From NCBI GenBank assembly GCA_038734945.1, contig JAVYOA010000009.1, positions 1 to 64,000 of the forward strand: a DNA stretch of 64,000 bases, written 5' to 3'. The translations under genes and the position numbers were made by a program. Positions 48,255-57,125 of this stretch are shown here, in pieces (position 1 is the stretch's first letter; the number at the start of each line of letters is the position of its first letter). Below the pieces are notes generated by a model. The model made no database searches. It was not told the origin of the DNA and saw only the letters and a list, made by a program, of their open reading frames with translations. The stretch comes from Fervidicoccaceae archaeon (GTDB taxonomy: Archaea > Thermoproteota > Thermoprotei_A > Sulfolobales > Fervidicoccaceae).

Positions 48255-50327
48255 ATGAACAAAAACAAAACGATAAAGGGTTTTCTAGCAATTGCTGTTC
48301 TCGTTGCGGTTGTCAGTCTTCTATCACCAATTGTCACGCATGCTGCTACTGCTCCATCGATTTCTTTCCCGCTTTTCAGCGAGCCAGAAGCTGTGGTTCC
48401 AGGAAGCATTTTGAACGTTACTGTTTCTGGAATAACCGACCCTTCTGGACTCAGCCTGATGCTCTCTTCTGGGAACCTCACATACAATTTGAACTACACT
48501 TATGAGGTCACTGGAACAGGGCTGGTGCTGCACTCCAACATAGGGAGCATTCAGCCAGGGCTCTATGATGTTCTCATAGTAGCAGGTAACCAGAGCATTT
48601 ACTCCTACAGATCCGTTGTAGTTTTCCAGGAGTGGCCTTCAAAGCTCAGAGTTGCTCAGTTCACCGATGTTCATATAGGAGTCGTCAACAGCTATCCTAA
48701 GACGGAGGATGCCATAGATTTATATTCTAATGCCCTCTTCCTTGCACAGCTTCTTGGAGCCAATGTAATAATTGAGACTGGAGACATAGCAGATACTGCT
48801 GCGGTTGCGCAACAATATGTTGACTTTGTGAAGATAACACAGTTCTCATCGCTCCCAACGATCATCCTTCCAGGCAATCATGACTATTCAGGTGATTCCT
48901 CGCTAACAAATTGGCGCAAATATATTGGTGCAAACTACTTCTACCTTAGATGGGGGCCCTATCTCATAATAGCTCTTGACTCTGGCGCCACAGGAACAGT
49001 TCCACTTGATCAGCTCACCTGGGCTGAGAAGGTTCTCCAAAACAACACTGATGCTTCAGTTAAAATCATAGCATTTCACCACCCCCTATTTAGAACAGAC
49101 CTCTATGGAAAAATAAATGGCTCATACACAAACATTGCTGCCCTTCAGCAGTACTTCTACAGCTCATGGGCAGATGATTTAACCCTTGCCTCAAAAGTCC
49201 TTGAACTCGTCGAAAAGTATAATGTTTCTCTAGTTCTTTCCGGTCACGTGCACAGCGATGGTGCAGTGCTCTACAACGGAAAAACGTGGTTCATTACCAC
49301 TACAGCTCTAGGAGGGCCCGTTGGACCCATAAGCACAGCACCATATCATGGACATGCTGATTATCACGGCTTCAGGCTCATTGATGTTTATGCTAATGGA
49401 ACTGTCGTTGTTGTTCCAAAAGCGGACAATCCAGATGTATTTTCTGGACCAACTTCGATATCGGTTGAGAACATATATTCAAAATACGTAGCGACGGATT
49501 TTACAGAAGCATGGATACTTCAGACAAACGGAGTCAAGGAGCTTCAGCTTTTTAGTAAGGGAGCACAGCTGAATCTATCCATACATGTTCCCTTAAGCAC
49601 TATTCCGCAGGGAGCTAAGCTGATAACTCTGGGCAACATATCATCCAGCTCTATGAGCTGCGGCCCAACATCTTGCATAATAAACTTGGTTTTGCCACTT
49701 TCATCCGATCAAAATGCGAGAATAATCCTTAGCTCAGTGAACGATACTACACCACCCTCAATAAGCGGGACTCTAGTTTCTCCGAAGAAGCCAATAGCTG
49801 GCAGAGACAGCATCACAATCGATGTCCAGGTCTCAGATCCCGAATGGGGCATTGGAAAAGTAGTTCTCATATTCAAGCTGCCCAACGGTACCCAATCACA
49901 GCTCCTGATGAGGAGTGTGGGACAGGGATATTATGAAGCAAGCATACCACCAATAAGCGTTCCATACCTCCTCTATGATATTGTAGCTGAAAATGCTGGG
50001 GGCTTACAGAGTGAAACTGGCTGGAGCAATCTTTCCCTAACGCTTGCTACAACAACCTCATCACCAACAACAACTTCTGTAGCTACAACAACTCCTTCTC
50101 CAACAACAACCACACAGACTACAACAACACCTACTATGACAACAACCACAACAGCTCCAACGCAAACACAAACCACGCCAGCGCAAACTACAACACCTAC
50201 AACTACAGTCCAGCAAACTACTACTCAAGCGATTGGAGGTGTTGGAACCACTGGAACAATAGCTATAGCAGTAGTAGTAATAGTAATCATAGGAGTTCTG
50301 GCAGCTCTTCTAACTAGAAAGAAGTGA
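48255..50327 (+). CDS. Secreted, membrane-anchored calcineurin-like metallophosphoesterase
   Basis: Signal peptide from MNKNK (true start 48255), DVH, GD, GNHD, HHP, GHVH motifs, Thr-rich linker, C-terminal TM plus RKK. Confidence 0.88.
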   Translation: MNKNKTIKGFLAIAVLVAVVSLLSPIVTHAATAPSISFPLFSEPEAVVPGSILNVTVSGITDPSGLSLMLSSGNLTYNLNYTYEVTGTGLVLHSNIGSIQPGLYDVLIVAGNQSIYSYRSVVVFQEWPSKLRVAQFTDVHIGVVNSYPKTEDAIDLYSNALFLAQLLGANVIIETGDIADTAAVAQQYVDFVKITQFSSLPTIILPGNHDYSGDSSLTNWRKYIGANYFYLRWGPYLIIALDSGATGTVPLDQLTWAEKVLQNNTDASVKIIAFHHPLFRTDLYGKINGSYTNIAALQQYFYSSWADDLTLASKVLELVEKYNVSLVLSGHVHSDGAVLYNGKTWFITTTALGGPVGPISTAPYHGHADYHGFRLIDVYANGTVVVVPKADNPDVFSGPTSISVENIYSKYVATDFTEAWILQTNGVKELQLFSKGAQLNLSIHVPLSTIPQGAKLITLGNISSSSMSCGPTSCIINLVLPLSSDQNARIILSSVNDTTPPSISGTLVSPKKPIAGRDSITIDVQVSDPEWGIGKVVLIFKLPNGTQSQLLMRSVGQGYYEASIPPISVPYLLYDIVAENAGGLQSETGWSNLSLTLATTTSSPTTTSVATTTPSPTTTTQTTTTPTMTTTTTAPTQTQTTPAQTTTPTTTVQQTTTQAIGGVGTTGTIAIAVVVIVIIGVLAALLTRKK
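50085..50207 (+). repeat. 123-nt exact direct repeat encoding a Thr/Pro linker, copy 1 (copy 2 at 52063-52185)
   Basis: Nucleotide-identical to 52063-52185. Flanks diverge on both sides. Confidence 0.95.
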
Positions 50328-50471
50328 TATTCCTCAAATAACAATTTTCCTTTTTTGAAAACTGGCTCAATTTTCTCCAGTTTAATTATAATGACCATCA
50401 GAGAAAGTAATAGGTAATGTTTTTATACAATCCCATTAAAACTATATTGCAAAAATTGGGGTGAATTTATT

Positions 50472-51824
50472 ATGTTAAATAAAAAAATAATACCTTTCAT
50501 AACTGTTGCACTGCTGTTGGCATCCATTGCATCTCCAGCAATTGTGGCAAGAGCATCGGAGCCAGGAATCGTTGTCCTCGTGGATCTTGCTCATGGTGAA
50601 TCAGCCGCTGGTCTAGATATAGCTATAAAGGTTCTTCCCGAAGCTGAATTCTACGTTCTGGTCTCAAGCCAAGATCAAGCGAACTCTCTTTCCCCAATAG
50701 TGAAAGAGCTAGCCTACAAGATACTTATCGGAACATTTGATACAATTACAAACGATCTCAAGAACGTCAACGTCATTATAATTCCTCAGCCAACAATGGC
50801 TTTCTCACCAGCAGAGATACAGGCCATAGTTAACTGGTTCAACACTACAGCAACAATGCAGAAAGCCATATGGCTTGCGGGAGATAGCGACTATCCGGCA
50901 CAGGGAGGTAGCCAGGAAATAGCAATGCATCAGATCGACAAGATCGCCGAAGCTATAGGCTCCCACCTAAGGGAGGACTTTGTCTCAGTTGATGACTATG
51001 CAAGCAATGCTGGAGCAACATACAGAGTTGTTGGTCTTGTTCAGCCAGATCCAGGAGCAGAAGTTGTTGGATTTGCTGCGCAGAAGGTTCTATTCCATGG
51101 CCCAGGAATCGTTGCTTATGTAGACGATCAAGGCAATTGGCACAACTTGAACACGTCGACGCTTCCAAACATATACAGAATTGTGTGGACAACTAGTCAG
51201 GGAAAGATTTCGGAGAATCAGCCACAGCAACCTGGTGCTCCTGGTGACCTAGGAAAGACAGCAAGCGCAGGAGATACTGGAAAATACGTTCTCTTGGCTG
51301 CTGAGAAAATGATACTTAATATAGGGGGGACCAACGGAACTAGGTTCGTTGTTGTGAGCGGAGAGACTCCAATCGGAGGCTATCAGCCAGGAATATCCAC
51401 TTCCTACGTTGGTGTGAACCTCGATGGTCCCAGATTCTTCAGAAACCTAATACTCTGGATATCTGGCTATATGGGCGAGCTCAATTTTGTGCAGCAATAT
51501 ATAGCTGACAAGCAGACTTTGAGTACACAGCTCTCAAATTCGCAAAGTGCCCTGCAGGCTGCGCAGCAGACAATTTCGCAGCTTCAGCAGCAGTTGCAGC
51601 AGTCACAGAGTGCTCTGTCTTCGGCCAACAACCAGATCTCTCAGCTAACTAACCAGCTTAATCAGCTCAAAGCTTCTCTGAGCCAGGTCAACTCCACAGC
51701 CAATTCAGCGCTTCAAACAGCTAGCGGAGCTGCAAGCTCAGGTCTAGCATATGGTGGATTAGCCCTTGGACTGATTGCCCTCATAGTAGCAATTGTTGCT
51801 ATAGCAATGAAGCCGAAGAAGTGA
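50472..51824 (+). CDS. Surface protein: signal peptide, alpha/beta domain, Gln/Ser coiled-coil stalk, C-terminal anchor
   Basis: VDLAHGE, W.AGDSD, LFHGPG motifs. Heptad region QLQQQLQQSQSAL... then TM plus KPKK. Confidence 0.75.
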   Translation: MLNKKIIPFITVALLLASIASPAIVARASEPGIVVLVDLAHGESAAGLDIAIKVLPEAEFYVLVSSQDQANSLSPIVKELAYKILIGTFDTITNDLKNVNVIIIPQPTMAFSPAEIQAIVNWFNTTATMQKAIWLAGDSDYPAQGGSQEIAMHQIDKIAEAIGSHLREDFVSVDDYASNAGATYRVVGLVQPDPGAEVVGFAAQKVLFHGPGIVAYVDDQGNWHNLNTSTLPNIYRIVWTTSQGKISENQPQQPGAPGDLGKTASAGDTGKYVLLAAEKMILNIGGTNGTRFVVVSGETPIGGYQPGISTSYVGVNLDGPRFFRNLILWISGYMGELNFVQQYIADKQTLSTQLSNSQSALQAAQQTISQLQQQLQQSQSALSSANNQISQLTNQLNQLKASLSQVNSTANSALQTASGAASSGLAYGGLALGLIALIVAIVAIAMKPKK

Positions 51825-51951
51825 GAGCTTCTCTTCTAGCAATATTCAATTAATTTTTTAAATGCTCTCATACAAGATTCCATTGGAAAAAAGGGAGAAA
51901 ATTTTAATTATAAAAAATATAAAAATTGGGAGATTCAGAAAGGCGATAGAA

Positions 51952-53505
51952 ATGAATAGAGAAAGATCCATCTCTACAACCTTAGTAGTTGGAATCGTTA
52001 TTATCGTTGTTGCTATTGCGATCGTTGGAGCCTATCTCGCCACAAGAGGAGGTGGAGCTCCCACAACAACTCCTTCTCCAACAACAACCACACAGACTAC
52101 AACAACACCTACTATGACAACAACCACAACAGCTCCAACGCAAACACAAACCACGCCAGCGCAAACTACAACACCTACAACTACAACAACACCCCAAGCA
52201 CAAGGAGTTACACTGACAATTCTCACAAGACATTCTACAGATATACTTGACTTGGCAAGGAGAATGTTCCTTAACTCCACAATTGCCAAGCAGTACAATA
52301 TTGTGGATCTTCAATTCATCGTTGTTCCTCCAGGCCTTTGGCCCCAGACGGCCGTAGCAAAGAGTGTTGACCTAGGTTGGGGAGGGGGTCCAACACTCTT
52401 TGATACGATGTACTTGAACAATCTCACAGCTCCTCTAACACTTCCACTAGCCTTGAATGCATCAGCCCAGATTCCAAACCAAATAGCCGGTGTTCCAATG
52501 AAGAGAGTTGGGCCTAATGGAGAAATATATTGGGTTGCTGCAGCAATATCTTCGTTTGGATTCACGGTTAATACAGATTTGGCAAAACAGTATAATCTTC
52601 CAATACCACAAAAATGGGAGGACCTAGGATCACTAGCTTTCGGAAAGGTTTTTGCCAGTACTGGGCAAGCTCCTCTAGCTATAGCAGATCCCACAAGCAG
52701 TACTAGCAACACAAGGATGTATGAGATAATCCTTCAGGCATTTGGATGGGACCAGGGGTGGAGGCTTCTAACCCTTATGGCAGCTAATGCATATATTTCA
52801 TCGAGCAGCGAGGAAGTGAGAGATGTAGTAATAAGGGGAGAGAGGATAGTTGGCATAACAATAGACTTCTATGGCTATACAGCGCATTACCAGAACCCGG
52901 CATGCATATACATAATTCCTGCCAACGAGAGCATCGTTAATGGAGATCCCATAGCTCTCTTCACAACTTCAAAGCATCCCGTCGAAGCGCAAGCATTTAT
53001 TGCATGGGTATTAACTGATGGGCAGAAGGTCTGGCTTGACAAGAACATAAACAGGCTACCAGCTAATCCAAACATATTCAACACAACAGAAGGGAAGGCA
53101 AGACAGGATCTCTATCAAGCATTCCTAGCGGCATCTCAGACACCTTCAATAAACTTTAGCGATAACCTTGCCCTTAGCTATGAGTACATAATGCAGAACT
53201 ATTTCAAGGCGACTCTCACAGACCAGGCTCAGAATCTGCAGAATGCTTGGATAGCTCTGGTAAAGGCATATACAAGCGGAAAAATTAACCAAACAAGGTT
53301 CCAGCAGCTACAGCAAATGCTCACAGACTTCATTGTGTTCACTAATCCCCTCACTGGGAATAAGACAACATTAACACAGGATGTTGCTATTCAACTGAAT
53401 AGCGCAGTTCTGAGCAATCCTTCATTGCTCGATAACTTGATGTCCCAATGGAGAACAGCTGCTGCTCAGAAATATGCGGCGGTCATACAGGCAATAGGAG
53501 GATGA
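51952..53505 (+). CDS. ABC transporter substrate-binding protein (AfuA/FbpA-like)
   Basis: N-terminal TM anchor and Thr linker. WGGGP, P..W.DL, ADP..STS, IDFYG, FI.WVL..GQ. Confidence 0.85.
   Translation: MNRERSISTTLVVGIVIIVVAIAIVGAYLATRGGGAPTTTPSPTTTTQTTTTPTMTTTTTAPTQTQTTPAQTTTPTTTTTPQAQGVTLTILTRHSTDILDLARRMFLNSTIAKQYNIVDLQFIVVPPGLWPQTAVAKSVDLGWGGGPTLFDTMYLNNLTAPLTLPLALNASAQIPNQIAGVPMKRVGPNGEIYWVAAAISSFGFTVNTDLAKQYNLPIPQKWEDLGSLAFGKVFASTGQAPLAIADPTSSTSNTRMYEIILQAFGWDQGWRLLTLMAANAYISSSSEEVRDVVIRGERIVGITIDFYGYTAHYQNPACIYIIPANESIVNGDPIALFTTSKHPVEAQAFIAWVLTDGQKVWLDKNINRLPANPNIFNTTEGKARQDLYQAFLAASQTPSINFSDNLALSYEYIMQNYFKATLTDQAQNLQNAWIALVKAYTSGKINQTRFQQLQQMLTDFIVFTNPLTGNKTTLTQDVAIQLNSAVLSNPSLLDNLMSQWRTAAAQKYAAVIQAIGG
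52063..52185 (+). repeat. 123-nt exact direct repeat, copy 2
   Basis: Identical to 50085-50207. Confidence 0.95.
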
Positions 53506-53512
53506 AAGAGGA

Positions 53513-55321
53513 ATGTCCTCTGCCATTTTTAGAAGGCTGAGGTTCGAGCTCGATAGACTTCTCATGTTTCAAATTTTTTTCCCCTTAACCTATCTGGTTA
53601 TCTTCATGATTCTTCCTATTCTCACAATTCTTCTCTCAGCTAGAAACTATAGCCTATCTCTTCTATTTCAGCCCATGTACTTCAATCTGCATCCGATAGG
53701 ATCTCCAATCTCTGTTAATAGGTTTGGAGATACAATTTTCATACAAGTGACTGGCCTTTCATTTGGGGTTATCTTGAACTCCATAATAGTTGCTTCTGTA
53801 GTAACAATTTTCGCTAGCCTACTGGGAATTCTAGTGGCATTTGTACTAGCTAGGTACAAATTCAAGTTTAAGATGGCGCTGAGGATCATGGCAATAATAC
53901 CCCTTCTCATGAGCCCATTTATAAACGCCTACGTCGTAAAGAAGCTGATAGGGCCTGGATTTGGCTACAATACTTTGAGCTGGATAATACATGGATTAAC
54001 AGGACTGGACATAAGGCTATCATTCAGTGGAATAGCCGGAGTTATACTCACACAGATAATCACATATTATCCAATAGTTTACTTGAACGTGTTCTCATCA
54101 ATGATGAATATAGACCCAAGTATGGAGGAACAGGCAGAAAATATGGGAGCAAGGGGCTTTAAGCTTTTTCGCAGCATAACTCTCCCTTTGAGCTTTCCAG
54201 GTCTAATAGCTGGATCTGCTCTCGTCTTCATATTTAGCCTGGAAGATGTTGGAGCTCCAATAATTTTCGGGGTAAGGGACGTTCTCTCATACCAGATCTA
54301 CAACTACTTCCAAGGAGTAAGGGTGAATGTGACCTCGCCTGAGACAGGAGCTCTAGCCCTAACAATGTTGCTAATATCACTAACAATATTCATTCTCATA
54401 AGGAGACAGACGAGCCTGAGGCAATATGCCATGATAAGCAAGGGAGGAAGGTGGATCCCAAGAGAAAGAAGTCTCGGGATTAAAGGGAAGCTAGCAGTAT
54501 ACCTGCTCGTTTTCCCATTGGTAATAATAACCATGCTTCCCCAAATAGGCGTTTTCATGCTGGCATTCTCGGAAAGATGGGGATCGGATCCGCTCCCATC
54601 AGGATTCACAATATCGAACTTTGTACAGCTTGTTGAAATAAAGGGGGTCTTCAGGGGAATACTAAATAGTCTTTTCTATTCAACTGCAGCAGTGGCCATT
54701 ATTGTTCTTCTAGGACTGAGCGCCAGCTATGTTGTAGCGAGAATCAGGCTCAGAGGTATAAGCTTGCTTGACTATTTGTCTACAATGCCTCTCGCAATAC
54801 CAGGATTAATATTTGCTTTTGGTTACTTCTATTTCTTCCATGAATATTTTCCAAATACAATACTGGATCCCCTCTACAACCCTGCACTCCCACTCATACT
54901 AGTCTATTCAGTGAGAAGGCTCCCATTCACCTCGAGAAGCGTGTTCGCAGGGCTTCAGCAAACCCATATTTCCCTGGAGGAATCAAGCCTCAATTTAGGG
55001 GCTTCTAGGCTAAGAACCCTGGGTTATATAGTGATTCCTCTGATTGCCCTAAATATAGCAAGCGGAGCAATGATAACCTTTGTTTACTGCATGGGAGAAA
55101 CCAGTGCAAGCATAACCCTTGGAGGGCTGGGCGGAGACGTATCCAGTCCAAACCATAAGGGACCAATAACCATGGTAATGTTGGATTTAATAACGAGTGG
55201 GAGGTTGGCTGGAGTGAACTTGGCAGCCGCTCTGGGAGTTCTGCTCATGGGGATCCAAATAGCTGTTATTGTTATTATAACAATGATATTCAAGCAGAGC
55301 TATGCCTTCATAGGAGTGTGA
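53513..55321 (+). CDS. ABC transporter fused double permease (AfuB/FbpB/ThiP type)
   Basis: Two EAA loops (MEEQAENMGA, LEESSLNLGA), about 12 TM segments. Confidence 0.9.
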   Translation: MSSAIFRRLRFELDRLLMFQIFFPLTYLVIFMILPILTILLSARNYSLSLLFQPMYFNLHPIGSPISVNRFGDTIFIQVTGLSFGVILNSIIVASVVTIFASLLGILVAFVLARYKFKFKMALRIMAIIPLLMSPFINAYVVKKLIGPGFGYNTLSWIIHGLTGLDIRLSFSGIAGVILTQIITYYPIVYLNVFSSMMNIDPSMEEQAENMGARGFKLFRSITLPLSFPGLIAGSALVFIFSLEDVGAPIIFGVRDVLSYQIYNYFQGVRVNVTSPETGALALTMLLISLTIFILIRRQTSLRQYAMISKGGRWIPRERSLGIKGKLAVYLLVFPLVIITMLPQIGVFMLAFSERWGSDPLPSGFTISNFVQLVEIKGVFRGILNSLFYSTAAVAIIVLLGLSASYVVARIRLRGISLLDYLSTMPLAIPGLIFAFGYFYFFHEYFPNTILDPLYNPALPLILVYSVRRLPFTSRSVFAGLQQTHISLEESSLNLGASRLRTLGYIVIPLIALNIASGAMITFVYCMGETSASITLGGLGGDVSSPNHKGPITMVMLDLITSGRLAGVNLAAALGVLLMGIQIAVIVIITMIFKQSYAFIGV

Positions 55322-55327
55322 TGAAAT

Positions 55328-56416
55328 TTGGTAAAAGTTGTGCTGGAAAATCTAAGGAAAACATATAGTGGAGGAAGAGTAGTAGCAGTGGATGATGTAT
55401 CCCTATCAATCGATGAGGGGGAATTCTTCACAATCCTCGGTCCAAGTGGTTGTGGGAAGACGACTACACTTAGGCTAATAGCTGGCTTCGAATTCCCGGA
55501 TAGCGGAAAAATATTCTTTGGTAATGAGGAGGTTACTTATAAGAAGCCATATGAGAGAAACACCGCTATGGTGTTCCAGAACTATGCTCTATGGCCTCAC
55601 ATGACTGTCTTTGAAAATATAGCATATGGACTGAAGATAAGGAAAGTCAAGGAAGACGAGATTAAAAGAAGAGTAAAGGAAGTTCTCGAGCTAGTCAAGC
55701 TCTCTGGATTGGAAGATAGGCATCCTTCACAGCTCTCTGGTGGGCAGCAGCAGAGGGTTGCTCTAGCAAGAGCACTCGTTGTTCAGCCAAGAGTTCTTCT
55801 GCTCGATGAGCCCCTTAGCAACCTTGATGCCAAGGTAAGGGTTGAGGTAAGGGGCTTTCTGAAGGAGCTTCAGAGAAAGCTGAAGATAACCACGATTTAT
55901 GTCACGCATGACCAAGAGGAGGCTATGAGCCTTTCTGATAGAATTGCTGTGATGAACTCAGGAAGAATAGCTCAAGTTGGAACACCGGAGGAACTTTACT
56001 TTTCACCGAAAGACTTGTTCGTTGCTACCTTCTTCGGTAAGCCAAATATCCTAGATGGAAAGTATAGCGGAAAGGGGAGAGTTGAGATAGGAGATGGCAT
56101 AGAGATTCAGGCAACTCCAGCCGTCAGTGAAGAGGAAATCAAGGAAGGGGAAAGCGTAAAGGTCGTCATAAGACCAGAGCATATATACGTACAGGGAAGA
56201 GGCAGAAGCAGCTCAGGAGAAACAACAAAGCTTACCGGAAAAGTAGTCATGAGAATGTTCACGGGAGTGAGCCAGGAGATAAAGATAAGCATGAAAGGGG
56301 AGGAAGGTCCCTTCATCTACGCTTCTGCATCATCCGATCTATCTATAGCTGTTGGACAGGATATAGAAATAGAGATACCAGCAATAAGGGCAATTATCTT
56401 CAAAGCTAAAAAATGA
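55328..56416 (+). CDS. ABC transporter ATP-binding protein (AfuC/PotA type with TOBE domain)
   Basis: GPSGCGKTT, VFQNYALWPH, LSGGQQQR, LDEPLSNLD, VTHDQEEA. Confidence 0.92.
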   Translation: MVKVVLENLRKTYSGGRVVAVDDVSLSIDEGEFFTILGPSGCGKTTTLRLIAGFEFPDSGKIFFGNEEVTYKKPYERNTAMVFQNYALWPHMTVFENIAYGLKIRKVKEDEIKRRVKEVLELVKLSGLEDRHPSQLSGGQQQRVALARALVVQPRVLLLDEPLSNLDAKVRVEVRGFLKELQRKLKITTIYVTHDQEEAMSLSDRIAVMNSGRIAQVGTPEELYFSPKDLFVATFFGKPNILDGKYSGKGRVEIGDGIEIQATPAVSEEEIKEGESVKVVIRPEHIYVQGRGRSSSGETTKLTGKVVMRMFTGVSQEIKISMKGEEGPFIYASASSDLSIAVGQDIEIEIPAIRAIIFKAKK

Positions 56417-56504
56417 AATAGAAAAGCCTTTTTATTAACAAAGTTTAAAGAAACTTGGTGCACCGAAACTGAAAAAACTCGCACTTCCTCCCAGAATAAA
56501 GATC

Positions 56505-56927
56505 TTGGAGGCACTTTCAGCTGTAGCTGAGGGAAGAATAAAGCAACTGAGCGATAAGGAGGCTACAGTCGTTTCTTCAGACGAGCAGAGAGAATATAAA
56601 GTTTATTTGGATCTGGATAGGGGCATAGCATCATCAACCGACAATGGCACCAAGTTTAGAGGATACATAGGCTACCCCATACTGGCATTGATGATGCTCA
56701 AAGGAGCCCTTCCATATAATGAGGATTTAGCATCAAAACTCATAGGAGTAAAGTGGAGAGCACTCAATGAAAGGTACAAGAGCTATAGAATCGTGGAAAA
56801 AATAGTTATGGATGAGTATAAAAAGAAAGGGGGAGATTTGGATAGACTTGAAAACTTAGTTAAGGAGGTCATGGAGAAGCTGAAGAACATCGAGCTGTTC
56901 ACTCCTGAGGAGGGCGAAGAGATATAG
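56505..56927 (+). CDS. Hypothetical protein
   Basis: Intact ORF with EAL.A.A.GR, V.SS, S.DNG...RGY.GYP, W..LN..YK.Y pattern. Start uncertain. Confidence 0.65.
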   Translation: MEALSAVAEGRIKQLSDKEATVVSSDEQREYKVYLDLDRGIASSTDNGTKFRGYIGYPILALMMLKGALPYNEDLASKLIGVKWRALNERYKSYRIVEKIVMDEYKKKGGDLDRLENLVKEVMEKLKNIELFTPEEGEEI

Positions 56928-57125
56928 CGTTATCTCTCAACTTCTTCTGTACCGGGCTTTTGTAAGTATTCCTACGATGGATTGTCGGATTCAGCTTTTC
57001 ACAATTTACAAATGAAAGCTTCACCCTTTAGCGCGGAAAAGACGTCAGACCTCAATCCTACAGATGCATAGCATAATGGGGCGAGCCTACCCGTCATAGA
57101 AAAAAGCGAAACGATGTGCAGAAGA

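Noticed and set aside
50041..50230. ACA-rich periodic sequence as a possible CRISPR array or VNTR
   Set aside because: In-frame Thr codons of a linker, with no repeat-spacer structure and no cas genes.
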